NCBI RefSeq assembly: GCF_006345805.1
Contig: NC_043003.1
Coordinates: forward strand, 22,072,001 to 22,136,000
DNA length: 64,000 nucleotides
Origin: Octopus sinensis
Lineage: Eukaryota
Direction of reading: 5' to 3'
Both the position numbers and the translations under genes were made by a program. Shown one piece after another: positions 29,101-38,654 of the stretch. The notes beneath the pieces were generated by a model. That model had not been told where the DNA came from. It saw only the letters and a program-made list of their open reading frames with translations, and ran no database searches. Numbering within the stretch: position 1 is the stretch's first letter; every line of letters starts with the position of its first letter.

Positions 29101-32100
29101 TAGAGTGTAGTGGTTGCTTTTATGTGTCACCGGCACAAGGGCTACTCAGGCAGTACTGGCAATGGCCACACGCAAATGGTGCTTTTTATGTGCCACCTGC
29201 ACAGGAGCCAGTCCAGCGGCACTGGCAATGACCTCGTTCGAATGTTTTGTTCACGTGCCACCAGCACAAGTGCTAGTAAGGCAATGCAGGTAACGATCAT
29301 GCTAGAATGATGTTTTTAATGTGCCATCGGCACGGAGGTCAGCTTGTTGCTCTGGCAACGACCTCACACAAACACACATATGTATCATGAGCTTCTATTG
29401 GCTTTCATCAGTCCAGCCTATCGTGGAAGACCCTTGTCCAAAATGCCATGTAGTGGAGCTGAACCTGAAACCATGTGGTTGGAAAGTAAACTTCTTAAAC
29501 ATAGAACCATACCTTCATCTTTAAAAGTTATACATTTCTGAAATTAAACACATAAAATAACTTTAGATGCAGTCCAAGCTTGTTACTTTTTTTTTTTTTT
29601 TAATTAAATATTTCATTGTAATTTTTGTATATCCAAAAATCTGAAATACTTCTGTTTCTTTTTTGCAGAAATCTCACAGATGTTCCCAAAGCTACAAGTT
29701 CAACTCCTATTTCTCGGCCACGTTCACCTCAAGTTACCTCTCCAATGCGTCGCAAAACAAAGCGAGTTTCCAGTTTATTCAAACCACGTTCATTGGCTGT
29801 GACTGGTGGTGGTGGTAGTAGTGTTAGTAGTAGTAATAGAAGTAGTAGCAGCAGTAGTAATAGTAGTAGCAGCAGCAGTAGTAATAACAACAGCAGCAAT
29901 AGTAGTGGTAATGGAAGTAGAAACAGTAGCAACAGCAATTCAAAGTTACCACTTGTTGTGACCTCAGCTGCTGCAATGTCCAGTTCAGAAGCTGTGGCAG
30001 GTGTGAAACCAGCAACTACAGTATCTGTTTCCATTACCACTACTACCTCAATTACCACCTCTTTGAGTGACCAAGTGATCAGCAGTGTCCCCGAAGTGAT
30101 CAAAACATCACAGGTGGACGACCGACTACCTTCGCCTGGTTCGCAGGACATTGCCAGCAACCTGAAACGCCCCTTATATGTGGCTACTGACCTAACTGGT
30201 GAGTTGGGTAGTTCTGCTGATATCGACAGTGTAAGCCCTTCTAAACGTCAAAAGTATTCTCCCAGTCAGAAATTTGGCAGTACGAGGATTCTTGCCCAAA
30301 CCAAAGCGTCGACTGAAAGCAATCGACAACCAAAAACCTTACATTCATCCTGGGGAGGCAGTCCTCAAGAGAAACAGGCTTCTCCTGTAACAGCATCCAA
30401 CACTCCTTTAATACACCCACCTCGCCTTCAGACTGCTTTACTGCAAGTATCCAAATCCTCACCCCCTGCTGCAGCTAGCAGTAGTAACAGTAGTACTAGT
30501 ACTGCTGACAGTTGTGTCACCGATGCTTCTTCTAAAAACTCTGCCCCTACAAATCAGTCCCGCGTACTTGCTCAACTCCAGGTACCCTCTCAGTTCTTGG
30601 CTGCCACGGTATTGGTAAAGTCTCAACCGAAATCAAAACCTGTTGTTCGAAACAGCACTAATTCGAGTCAGTCCAAGACGACGTCGTCCGTGACAGCTGC
30701 GACATGTACCGAACCAGACACGAGTTCACCGTCCAACGAGTATCGTCAGAACGTTTTTGCATTGTTTCGGAAGTTGCGGAGCAATAACAATAACGACAAC
30801 AATGATAACAGCAGCAGCAGCAGCAGCAACAGTAACTCCAGTTCTAGTGATTCAGGTACTGTAACAGCTTCTGCTACGTCACCAACACTGACGACGACAA
30901 CAACAACAGCAACAGCAGCAACGACGACGACCACAACAGCAGCAGCAGTGGCAGCAACATCACCTATCAGTTTTGTCAACAGCAACAGCCCGAACAGCAG
31001 CAGCAACAGCAGCACCACCACCAACAACAACAACAAGGACAGTTCAAATAGTAATACAAACAAAACTGAAAGCATGCCAGCATCAGATAGTAGTCTGGCA
31101 CCATCACAGAAGAACAATGATGCTGTGAATCTGCAACGTTCGCATGAGATCTGCCAAGCTGTGTTTGAGAGAAGCCGAAGTAACTTGAACAAGAGCACAA
31201 TGGTATCGCTGTTGCCAAAATCAAGTAGCGTGGCCATTCAAGTGACAACCAATCAATTCCAACAGCACACATTTGGTGCCCCCAGCATCATTATCCCCCA
31301 GTCAACCATCACCAGCTCCAATCAACAAAAACTCACTCCTGTAACAAGTTCCTCAAGCCAACTAGGATCTTCGAAAATCTTGTTCTCGCAGTCGGAGTCT
31401 GTTTCTAATCTGTTTGCTCAGTTGCAGAACCCGAAATCAAGTTCTAAGCTTGTTGTGAGCAGCACGTCTCCGATGCTGTCGCCGTCATCATCATCGTCGT
31501 CAGGCAACGTCGAAGAAAGTAACGAGGGAGTGAAAGACAGCAGTGATAATGGCAGTAATAAAGATAGAGATTCCAGACAGGACGACAGTTCCAGTGTGCA
31601 GAATGACTCGGCTCTTAGTTCGGTTGGCATGGAGTTACCATCTACATCCTTGTCGTCACTTTCCTCAGATACCAAGGCGACACCGGCAACAGCAACAACA
31701 ACAACAGCTTCCGAGCAGAAAGAAGTGCACGCAGCTCTGACATCCGCTGCAACAGACATGTTAGTACAATCGAGTTTGCCAACCACCAGCACTGCAACCA
31801 CCATCAACACCACCACCTCAGCATTCTCCAGAGTTGAAGGTTCTGCGGCACTTTCTGCTCCAGCCAACTCATTGCAATCCATCTCCTCCTCCACCACCAC
31901 CACATCACTCAGCAGCCCCAGAACATCCCTGTCTCTAATGTCTTCTATGACGACCACCACCACTGCGATGACATCCACCACCTGTTCTTCACCCTCAACA
32001 ACTGTAGCTCTAACCTCTACTCTATCCTCTGCTCTCTCTGCAGCTAGTCAGTCTCCTGTAGCCATTACTACTTCAACTACTACATCTACTAATGCTACTA

Positions 32101-33794
32101 CTACTACTGCTACTACTACTACTTCTGTTACTACTACTACCACAACTACTTCTACCACTACTATGCCTACTTCGAAACCAGCCTCAAGCGTTGTCGAGGA
32201 AACAAGCCCAAATCCAGAGATTCTGTCATCAACAAGCAGAAATGAGAAAGCAGCTGTGAAGACAACACCTTCAGCATTATCAACAGCAGCAGTAACAGCA
32301 GCTGCAACTGCTAGTAATACTACTACTACTTCAACAACAACAACTACTACTACAACCTCAATCCTAGCTACGGCTTTGTTAGCGCCGCCTTTAGATTCTG
32401 GCTGTGTGGTCAGAATACTGGAACGGACAGACAAAAACTGTGAAATGGCATCGGAGTCGCCGCCACCGCCGCCTTTACCACCGGACAAGGTAGCGGTGGC
32501 GTCCGCCTCTGGCCAGCTGGTTGACTCAATGTCACAGACCATGGACACTGCCACTACGGCATTGGCCTGTTCTCAGACTGACTCTAGTACCACTACAGCG
32601 TTGTTAACATCAACTATAACAACCGTAATAACAACAACAACAGCTACTGTCGTGGTACCAGATACTAAAGCAAAGTCAGTTATGGCAACCATTGCAACCA
32701 CTTCTTCTTCTTCTACTACTTCTTCTTCTTCATCCTCCTCTTCCTCTTCCTGCTCTCCACCTACTGTCTCATCGTCCACCTCCTCCTTTTCCACTTCTAT
32801 GGACAACACGAATCCTGATTGTAGTCAGTTACCCTCTTCCAAAAGTAGAAAGCTTGATGGTCAGGTTTCTGTTGCACCGCCCCGGTCATCAAGTGCACCG
32901 CCAACCACATTGTCCACTAAATCCCCCGGCCACACGGTCATTGCCGGCAGCAACACGGAGAACATTGCCCGGTCGGCCAGCGTGGACACCAGCATCAATG
33001 CTCTCTACAGCAGCAACAACAACAACAGCAGCAACAGCAATCAACTGAAAGATGACGAGCTGCCCCCAGTGTCGGAAACATCAAGTACCCCGAACGACGA
33101 GGTCGACACTGAACACAAACTTTATCTAACACAACAAGAGGTAAATTTTTTATCGCGAGCTGGCACTGCTACTGCAGCAGAACAGAAGGGGCCTCCAAGT
33201 AACTCAACTTCTGTATTAAACGACGTAATTAGTAGTAATCATAAACCTACCCCCCTGCTACCCACTCTAGCACCCTCACCCTTGGCTTCAACGCCCATCA
33301 CCACCATTATAATTACAACCACCACTACAACTACTACTACTACTACTACTACAACATCAAACGTCGCGTCTGGCACCCCAACCCCTCAACCTTTACAATC
33401 CCCCAATTCCTCTCTCTTACCGCCAGACACAGTAGACAGTGTCCAGAACATCGCATTAAGCTTAGCAAACAATGTGGAGGCGCATATATCTGACCTTTTG
33501 AGCACACCCGTATCCATCATCGCCGGCAGCACCCCCGTACACGTGCTGGCAGCCACCAGCGTCGGTGACCCGATGCACATGATCCAGTCGACCGTCTTGC
33601 CGTCGATGGTTGCTGCCGCCGCTGCTGCTGCGGGTGCCGCTCCTGTCCCAAATGGCAGCTGCGCAATAGCGCAGTCACCCAACTGTGCCTGCAGTCTAAA
33701 GGCCATGGTGATGTGCAAAAAATGTGGTGCATTTTGTCACGATGACTGTATCGGGCCGTCACGTCTGTGTGTGACCTGCCTGATTACAACGTGA
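853..33794 (+). CDS. Asx: Additional sex combs-like (Asx/ASXL) Polycomb PR-DUB subunit, 5'-partial; join(853..1233,14040..14413,22644..22757,24238..24338,25430..25503,26990..27066,28201..28232,29669..33794)
   Basis: The spliced translation reads ...[16 protein letters not shown]|[38 protein letters not shown]|[34 protein letters not shown]|[25 protein letters not shown]|[25 protein letters not shown]|[11 protein letters not shown]|NLTDVPK...[36 protein letters not shown]. This matches the DEUBAD and ASXL-type PHD signatures. All introns are GT-AG and the phases chain (1,1,0,0,2,1,0,2). 5279 coding nt lie in the window. Confidence 0.95.
5366..6145 (+). mobile_element. Non-autonomous, internally deleted Helitron with Rep/helicase coding remnants
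   Basis: Decayed peptides [52 protein letters not shown] and [11 protein letters not shown]...WQRRKR...[20 protein letters not shown] match Helitron RepHel. The 3' end has hairpin GTGACC-caaca-GGTCAC (6114-6130), an 11-nt spacer and CTAG|T at 6142-6146. Candidate 5' end A|TC at 5365-5367. Confidence 0.85.
8170..8520 (-). mobile_element. Decayed Tc1/mariner-superfamily transposase fragment
   Basis: The minus strand reads [10 protein letters not shown]...[10 protein letters not shown]...[13 protein letters not shown], resembling the IIFSDEATF...NxRIWGxENP...ERDSPKxNVW catalytic region. Confidence 0.5.
9291..9522 (-). mobile_element. SINE-like repeat with (ATG)n tail ('family R', RTE-type 3' end), 5'-truncated
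   Basis: Shares the core CTACAGCTGGATGCCCTTCCTAACGCCAA and the CCATGCTAGCATGGGTTGGAC-(CAT)n end with 8 or more other copies in the window. Confidence 0.8.
11068..11295. mobile_element. piggyBac-like MITE (TIR CCCTTTAGCAT...ATGCTAAAGGG, TTAA flank)
   Basis: Terminal inverted repeats with a 3' TTAA. Homologous copies lie at 23236-23452 and, split, at 51521-52270. Confidence 0.7.
11902..12240 (+). mobile_element. tRNA-derived CORE-like SINE ('family A'), decayed copy
   Basis: Aligns by eye to intact copies at 45484-45891 and 61804-62215 (GGCTGTGTGGTAAG...GGCACCTTGGGCAAGTGTCTTCT...GGATTTGGTAGACGGAAACTG). Confidence 0.75.
12480..12800 (-). mobile_element. Family A SINE, decayed, antisense
   Basis: Reverse-complement similarity to family A body and head. 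Confidence 0.6.
14040..14413 (+). CDS. Asx: Asx coding exon ending in the conserved [12 protein letters not shown] motif
   Basis: Acceptor ctcattgcAG (14038-14039); donor AAG|GTAAGA at 14414. The motif resembles Drosophila Asx TMREVLASIPGF, which precedes the DEUBAD. Confidence 0.9.
15443..15772 (-). mobile_element. Full-length tRNA-derived CORE-type SINE ('family B') with 11-bp TSD
   Basis: On the minus strand: A box (TGGCTTAGTGG), B box (GTTCGATTCC) and CORE-like GTGTCCTTGAGCAAGACACTTTA. TSD AAACATGATAT at 15432-15442 and 15773-15783. Near-identical copy at 47258-47583. Confidence 0.9.
16261..16447 (-). mobile_element. Family R SINE-like repeat, truncated
   Basis: Same core and (CAT)n tail as the other family R copies. 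Confidence 0.8.
16677..16860 (+). mobile_element. tRNA-derived SINE with Nin/Deu-like central domain ('family N')
   Basis: GTTCTGAGTTCAAATTCTGCCGAGGTCACCTTTGCCTTTAATCCTTTC...GATAAAATGAGTACCAG resembles the Deu/Nin domain of AmnSINE1-type SINEs. Confidence 0.75.
17118..17376. mobile_element. hAT (Charlie-like) MITE
   Basis: TIRs CAGTGGTTCCCAAA / TTTAGAAACCACTG; 8-bp TSD ATATAAGT / ATAAAAGT (7 of 8 match). Confidence 0.8.
18121..18703 (+). mobile_element. Longest family R copy, with five diverged ~63-bp internal units and (ATG)n tail
   Basis: Internal units GCCAG..CTGGC..GTGC..GGCACGTAAAA..CACC, then GGTTGGCGTTAGGAAGGGCATCCAGCTGTAG and a tail. Confidence 0.8.
19965..20290 (-). mobile_element. 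3' end of an RLE-encoding non-LTR retrotransposon (HERO/NeSL-like)
   Basis: The minus-strand peptide [51 protein letters not shown] matches the C-terminal endonuclease of HERO/R2-group elements, followed by a 3' UTR-like segment. Confidence 0.75.
20820..21192 (-). mobile_element. Family A SINE, antisense, head internally deleted, with expanded (CA)/(TA)/(TACA) centre
   Basis: Tail TACTCTTTACTC and body match 45484-45891 in reverse complement. Confidence 0.85.
22064..22280 (+). repeat. 217-bp AT-rich segment, copy 1 (copy 2 at 25701-25918)
   Basis: Direct alignment shows about 7 differences in 217 bp. Confidence 0.95.
22644..22757 (+). CDS. Asx: Asx exon, DEUBAD N-terminal part (PRKRTNKKL...[14 protein letters not shown])
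   Basis: ttgttgtAG acceptor, GTGAGT donor, 114 nt, ASXH signature. Confidence 0.95.
23236..23452. mobile_element. piggyBac-like MITE, homologous to 11068-11295
   Basis: CCCTTTAGCTTTCAGATT...AATACTAAAGGGTTAA. Confidence 0.7.
23650..24143 (+). mobile_element. Family R variant with near-identical 62-63-bp tandem units
   Basis: Unit TGCCAGCCTCGTCTGGCACCTGTGTCGGTGGCACATAAAAAACACCATCCGAGCGTGGCCGTT recurs at 23824, 23886 and 23949, followed by the family R core and (ATG)n tail. Confidence 0.85.
24238..24338 (+). CDS. Asx: Asx exon, DEUBAD ([12 protein letters not shown]...LLPECDR)
   Basis: ttttcAG acceptor, AG|GTAAGA donor, 101 nt, phase 0-2. Confidence 0.95.
24488..24811. mobile_element. hAT (Charlie-like) MITE
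   Basis: TIRs CAATTGTTCTCAACC / GGTTGAGAAATACTG; TSD ATTTAGAG / ATTTAGAA. Confidence 0.8.
25050..25316 (+). mobile_element. CR1-type LINE 3' end with (ATT)n tail
   Basis: Peptide [38 protein letters not shown] matches the CR1 ORF2 C-terminus (TRGH..K...RKxFFxxRVxxxWNxLP). Confidence 0.75.
25430..25503 (+). CDS. Asx: Asx exon, DEUBAD NEF motif ([21 protein letters not shown])
   Basis: tttatacAG acceptor, G|GTAATA donor, 74 nt, phase 2-1. The NEF motif is the known BAP1/Calypso-activating element. Confidence 0.95.
25701..25918 (+). repeat. 218-bp AT-rich segment, copy 2 (copy 1 at 22064-22280)
   Basis: Direct alignment, about 97% identical. Confidence 0.95.
25963..26442. mobile_element. Tigger/pogo-like MITE
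   Basis: TA-flanked imperfect TIRs CAGTAAGCACTCGCCATATTGCGG / CCTGTGATAGTCGAGGGATTATTG, resembling Tigger CAGTAxTCCCTCGxCTATCGCGG. Confidence 0.7.
26990..27066 (+). CDS. Asx: Asx exon, DEUBAD ([25 protein letters not shown])
   Basis: aatttgcAG acceptor, AAG|GTAAGT donor, 77 nt, phase 1-0. Confidence 0.95.
27671..27885. mobile_element. Decayed MITE (second TTAA-ended family); related segments at about 13560-13706 and 63600-63735 in the opposite orientation
   Basis: Shared internal segments between the three loci; ends GGTAACAAGAGTTAA and TATCAAAAGGGTTT. Confidence 0.5.
28201..28232 (+). CDS. Asx: Asx 32-nt exon, DEUBAD C-terminus ([11 protein letters not shown])
   Basis: Long polypyrimidine tract plus ttttcAG at 28200; AG|GTGAGT donor; corresponds to the ASXL KxxFExxxGQK motif. 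Confidence 0.9.
28951..29364 (-). mobile_element. Family R SINE-like repeat, antisense, four internal units
   Basis: (CAT)n tail, core and internal units in reverse complement. Confidence 0.85.
29669..33794 (+). CDS. Asx: Asx giant terminal coding exon (about 1375 aa, S/T/N/A low complexity, C-terminal PHD finger)
   Basis: ttttgcAG acceptor at 29667-29668; uninterrupted ORF to TGA at 33792-33794; [35 protein letters not shown] at 33684-33779. Confidence 0.95.
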
Positions 33795-34870
33795 CATTGC
33801 GTATTGAGGAGTTTTGTTTGTTTGTTTTATTCTGTTTATATGCATATATATATATATAAATATATATATCTATATAATATATATATGTATATGTACATTT
33901 TTTTTTTGGAACTTAATGTGTGAAAGATGAAAACAAAATTAAGGAAAAGAAAGCCATATTAAATAATGATTATAATGTAATAATAATAATATAATAAATA
34001 ATAATAATAATAATGATATGACGTTGGTTGATGAAATAAAGATGTTAGTAGAATCTGAACGAGTGTTAGGTTGTGTGTGTGTGTTTGTGCACGTATATGT
34101 GTATGCGTGCGTGCGTGGATGTGCGTGCATGCAGACGTGTGTGTGTGTGTATTTTTTTGAGACAAAGAGTGGCAGTGGGAGATGACTGACTGCAAGAGAG
34201 AAGGCTACAAGGATGAATTGATTGCGAGGTGAGGTGAGGTGAGATGAGATGAGATGATAAAAGACTTTATTCACATTGAAGAGGAACAAATATAATTAAG
34301 AAGAAACATTTAAAAATAAATAAAAAAAAAAAACGAAAATACTTTTTGAAGAAAGAAAAAAGGAAAAAAAAAATATGTGAAGAATAAATAAATAAATAAA
34401 TAAATAAAAAATTGAGATGGAAAAAATAAAATAAATAAAAAAAAATTACCCTCAGAAAGATGTTAAATGAAATATAGTGAATAAAAAAGAACTATATGGA
34501 AATATTTGAAATAATGAAGGATGCCAAATAAATTTTTGATGTGATCAGTAAACAAAAACAACAAAAAAATTTCAAAAAAAAAAGATAAAGGAAAAAATCT
34601 ATGGGCTGTCCCATGAGGAGGAGAAATGATATTGTACATTTTTCTTATATTCTGTATAATGTCTGCCTACCTGTGAATTTTTTTTTCTCATTTTAGTGAG
34701 AGGGAGGGGAAAAAGAGAGAAAAAAACTAAAATTTTCTTCAAACAAATTTAATTTCAATTTTTATTTATTTATAACTGTTTTTGTTTGTTTTCGTTTCAA
34801 TCTTTGCTTCTAATTGTTCATTTGCTGTGGTTTTTTTGTTGTTTCTTTTTTGTTGTTATTTTTTTTCTTC
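33795..34870 (+). other. Probable Asx 3' UTR with multiple AATAAA hexamers (end not determinable)
   Basis: Directly follows the stop codon. Tandem AATAAA occurs at about 34315 and 34382-34410, followed by T-rich tracts at 34650-34870. Confidence 0.45.
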
Positions 34871-35472
34871 ATAACTTTCACTCTCCTGGGCTTAGCAGAA
34901 TCCATAGTTGAACAGACAAATTGATTTACAGCATTCATTTATGTTCTTCCAATGTTTACAGTTCAAATCCCAATCTTGCCAGGCACAACTTCAATATTCA
35001 TCTCCTTCCGAGGTCGGTAAAAATAAACATGAAGCATGGCTCTGTGGTTAAAGACACTCTCTTTGCATCCATGCAGTTCTGAGCTCAATCTCCCGTGCAC
35101 GATACTTTGGGCAGTTGCCTTCTCCCATAACATTCTGTTGATTAATACCTTGTGAATGGAATTTGGTGGGAGGAAGCTGTGCAGAAGCCAACCACACATG
35201 CATATGTACACGAAAAGTTACTGAAAAGTTCCTGGCTTTGCATTAAAGAAAATACAGGAGAATCAGCTAATTATGCTTTTATTCAACATATTCCCCTCTC
35301 AGATTCACACACTTATTGCAGTAGTCCTTCAGTTTTTCTAAGCCCTGTTGAAGAACTCGGATGGTTGGGCTTCCAACCAGGCCTTGTGCAATACCCTTAA
35401 AGCCAGGAAATTTTCAACACCCTTTCGTATGTATGTATGTATGTATCAGTGTGTGTGTATATATATATGTTC

Positions 35473-35754
35473 GTTTTTGGATTTGGTTTGCAAGATTCTT
35501 TATATGAGTTCGTGTGTTGAAGCATATTCTGTTGTGTCTGGGTAGAGTAATTTTCTTTATGTGCCTTATAATGTAACACATTCACCGGTAAAATTTCCAC
35601 TTATTATTTTTATTTTCCTAAAATTTCCGTTGTGTCTTGCAACTCTCAAGAGTCAAGACTATTGAAAAGGTTGCAAGATGCAACGGAAATTTTACCGGTG
35701 AGTGTGTTACATTATAAGGCACAAAAAGAAAATGACTCTCCCCAGACACAACAG
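35473..35754. repeat. Foldback (palindromic) repeat, copy A
   Basis: 70-bp inverted arms at 35529-35598 and 35685-35754 plus a nested 24-bp inverted pair; homologous to 46391-46662. Confidence 0.9.
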
Positions 35755-35905
35755 TATATATATGTGGTTTTATTTAAACTGAATGTTTATTGAGGTGATA
35801 TGAATTTCACACAATTGCAATCTTCAGGTGAGAAGCTCAAGGTGACGTGAAATTGAAGTCACAAGACAAACACTCACTTTATATTTATTTACATGTCTCA
35901 TAAGT

Positions 35906-35963
<58 letters not shown>

Positions 35964-36352
35964 GTGCATACACACACACATAGCAGCAGCAGCATTTAAC
36001 ATCCACTTTTCCATGCTTGCATTGGTTGGACAGAGTTTATTATAGTAAATTTTCTTTTGACTAAATGCTCTTCCTGTTGCCAACCCCTACCAGTTTCCAA
36101 ACAAGGTGATATTTCCTCATGGCCAGACAAGTTCTCACAGAATATTGCGAATGAGTGGCTGCTTGTTTGACAATGATACTCGTTTACAGCTACCAGTCAA
36201 TGTCGCATACACACATTGTACAGTGGGCTTCTTTCAGTTTCCGTCTACCAAATCCACTAGCAGGGTTGTTGTAGACAACACTTCTCAAGGTGCTACACAA
36301 TGGGACTGAACCCAGAACCATGTAGTCATGAAGCAGACTTTGTGTGTGTGCA

Positions 36353-36391
<39 letters not shown>

Positions 36392-36590
36392 TATTTCATA
36401 TCACTAGCGATTGTTTGTTTCAAAGTTTCACCATTAAAACTGGCTTCTCAAACTTTGTTGAAACTTTGAATAAACAATTACAGTCACTATTCATATGAAT
36501 TCGACTCTACAGACAGTAATTGAATCCTTTATTCATTGCATATTCAATATCAATTACATCAACCGATTAAACAAACATTCATATATATGG

Positions 36591-36853
36591 ACTGGCTCCT
36601 GTGCAGGTAGCATGTAAATAAACACCATTTGAGCGTGGCCGTTGCCAGTACCACCTGACTGGCCCTCGTGCCAGTGGCACGTAAAAGCACCCACTACACT
36701 CTCAGAGTGGTTGGCGTTAGGAAGGGCATCCAGCTGTAGAAACTCTGCCAGATCAAGATTGGAGCCTGGTGCAGCCATCTCGTTCGCCAGTCCTCAGTCA
36801 AATCGTCCAACCCATGCTAGCATGGAAAGTGGACGTTAAACGATGATGATGAT
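36591..36853 (+). mobile_element. Family R SINE-like repeat, 5'-truncated
   Basis: Two internal units, core and (GAT)n tail. Confidence 0.85.
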
Positions 36854-37109
36854 ATATATTATATAATTCGTTTTGATTAGTATAGTTTGGTGACTTCCAG
36901 TGAATATGCTATCATGCGGAACTTCAAATCCCAGTTAAAATGAGTTTTATAATTGGGCTCTACTTTTAGCATTGAGTAAATGTGATATTCTTAAATTTAA
37001 AAAAAAAATAACAAAAGTGTGTGATATGGTACTTTGGCAGTGAATGAGGTAGAATGGCTTTTACAAACAAAATGTCTTGAGGTGTTGGTTTTATACCAGT
37101 TTACAGATG

Positions 37110-37335
37110 TGGAGGCATTTAGGGTGTTGGATTCCTGATTGTAAGATTGAGATTTTTGATTTCTGCACCAGGTGATGCATTGTGTTCCTGAGCAAAATAC
37201 GTTATTCCAGGCCACTCAATTGGCAAAAATGAGTAACTCTGCAATGGTTTGGTGGCCCGTCCAAGGGCCGGAAATACATGTACCATGGAAACCTGGGAAA
37301 TCTGCTCTTTGAGTCTATATGACTTGGAAAGAATC
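37110..37335 (+). mobile_element. Decayed CORE-type SINE (family B-related)
   Basis: TTGTGTTCCTGAGCAAAATAC...CCACTCAATTGGCAAAAATGAGTAAC matches 41470-41665 and 51612-51850. Confidence 0.65.
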
Positions 37336-37632
37336 GTCAGTTTACAGATACTTCCTAGTCGCTCCATATTACCAGAAATAGTTAACCAGTGATTAGCATG
37401 TTGGAAACTGCTAGCTAAATGCTCTCTTGTCCACCGCTAAGTACAGGAGTTTGGGATTGATAAAAGAAGGTCCCGGTCAAGTTTTATGGTCAGTGTAATT
37501 GACTAACACTCTCTCCTTGCTCCCCCCTTAAATTACTGACCTTGTGTTGTGCTTATATTAGAAACATTATTTGCTTAATGGCCATATAATACTAAGAGAA
37601 TAATAAAAACACCTAGTGGTGTTACAAGAAGT

Positions 37633-37857
37633 CAGGCAGCGAGCTGGCAGAAATGTTAGCACGCTGGGCGAAATACTTAGTGGTATTTCGTCTGCCGTTA
37701 CGTTCTGAGTTCAAATTCCACCGAGGTCGACTTCGCCCTTCACCCTTTCGGGGTCGATAAATTAATTACCAGTTACGCACTGGGGTCGATGTAGTCGACT
37801 TAATCCCTTTGTTTGTCCCCTCTATATTTAGCCCCTCGTGGGCAATAAAGAAATAAG
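37633..37857 (+). mobile_element. Young full-length family N (Nin/Deu-domain) SINE
   Basis: Head GGCAGCGAGCTGGCAGAAATGTTAGCACG, B box GAGTTCAAATTCC, Nin-like domain and (AATAAG)n tail. Confidence 0.85.
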
Positions 37858-38654
37858 AAGTCATTGTAGCATTCAGATCAGATTGCTCCTGGCAAGAATG
37901 TACTGTTTGCCTGTGACTGTACACTCTCAGTTGGTGAACTTGATTGAACAATGCCTATATGAAGGTTTTTATGATTGCCAAAATTTCCTTTCATTTTATT
38001 TTTATACATAGTGACAGTTGCAGGCTAATGCTGAAGTTTGTATAAATTGAACCTGCAATTGTTGGATATATTTTCAAATTTAGTTTGAACTATTTTCCAG
38101 TTTGTCTACATTGTTCTGGACAGTATGGATATAATGGGGCTGAGAAGAGTTTCATGAATCTGAAGCTTAGTACCTGTGTGAGAAAAATTATAATTATTTA
38201 CAAGGACAGTTGTTAGGGTGCTTGGATTTGTTTAGCCACATCCCGTTACATTCTGAGTTCAAATCCCGGTGAAGCCAACTATGTCCCTCCAACAAAATCT
38301 GTGGCCTTTAACCTGATATTATAAATCATTATTTGAAACCTAATGGTTCGCATTGATAAAGCCACATTTCTTTCTTCTTGATTTCATTTTGTGAGTTGCC
38401 AATATGGTCCATAGCAGCATATTTTAACTCTTCCGTTAAGGAAGGAATCATGCCTGCTTAAAACTTTTGATACTTTTTGCTTTGGTTCTCAGTTGTAACT
38501 ATTTTGTTTTGTTTATGTTGGTCATTAAGAAAAGCATGACTATCACAATCTCATTTCCTCTTCTCTGTGAACCTGAGGACCTGTAACCTATAAAATGGAA
38601 TAACATTTTCATACTTTCTCTACATTTCATTTTTATTTATTATTATTATTAAGA

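Noticed and set aside
29729-33762. Many antisense and alternate-frame ORFs (poly-Leu, poly-Val, poly-Cys)
   Set aside because: They are shadows of the low-complexity Asx terminal exon.
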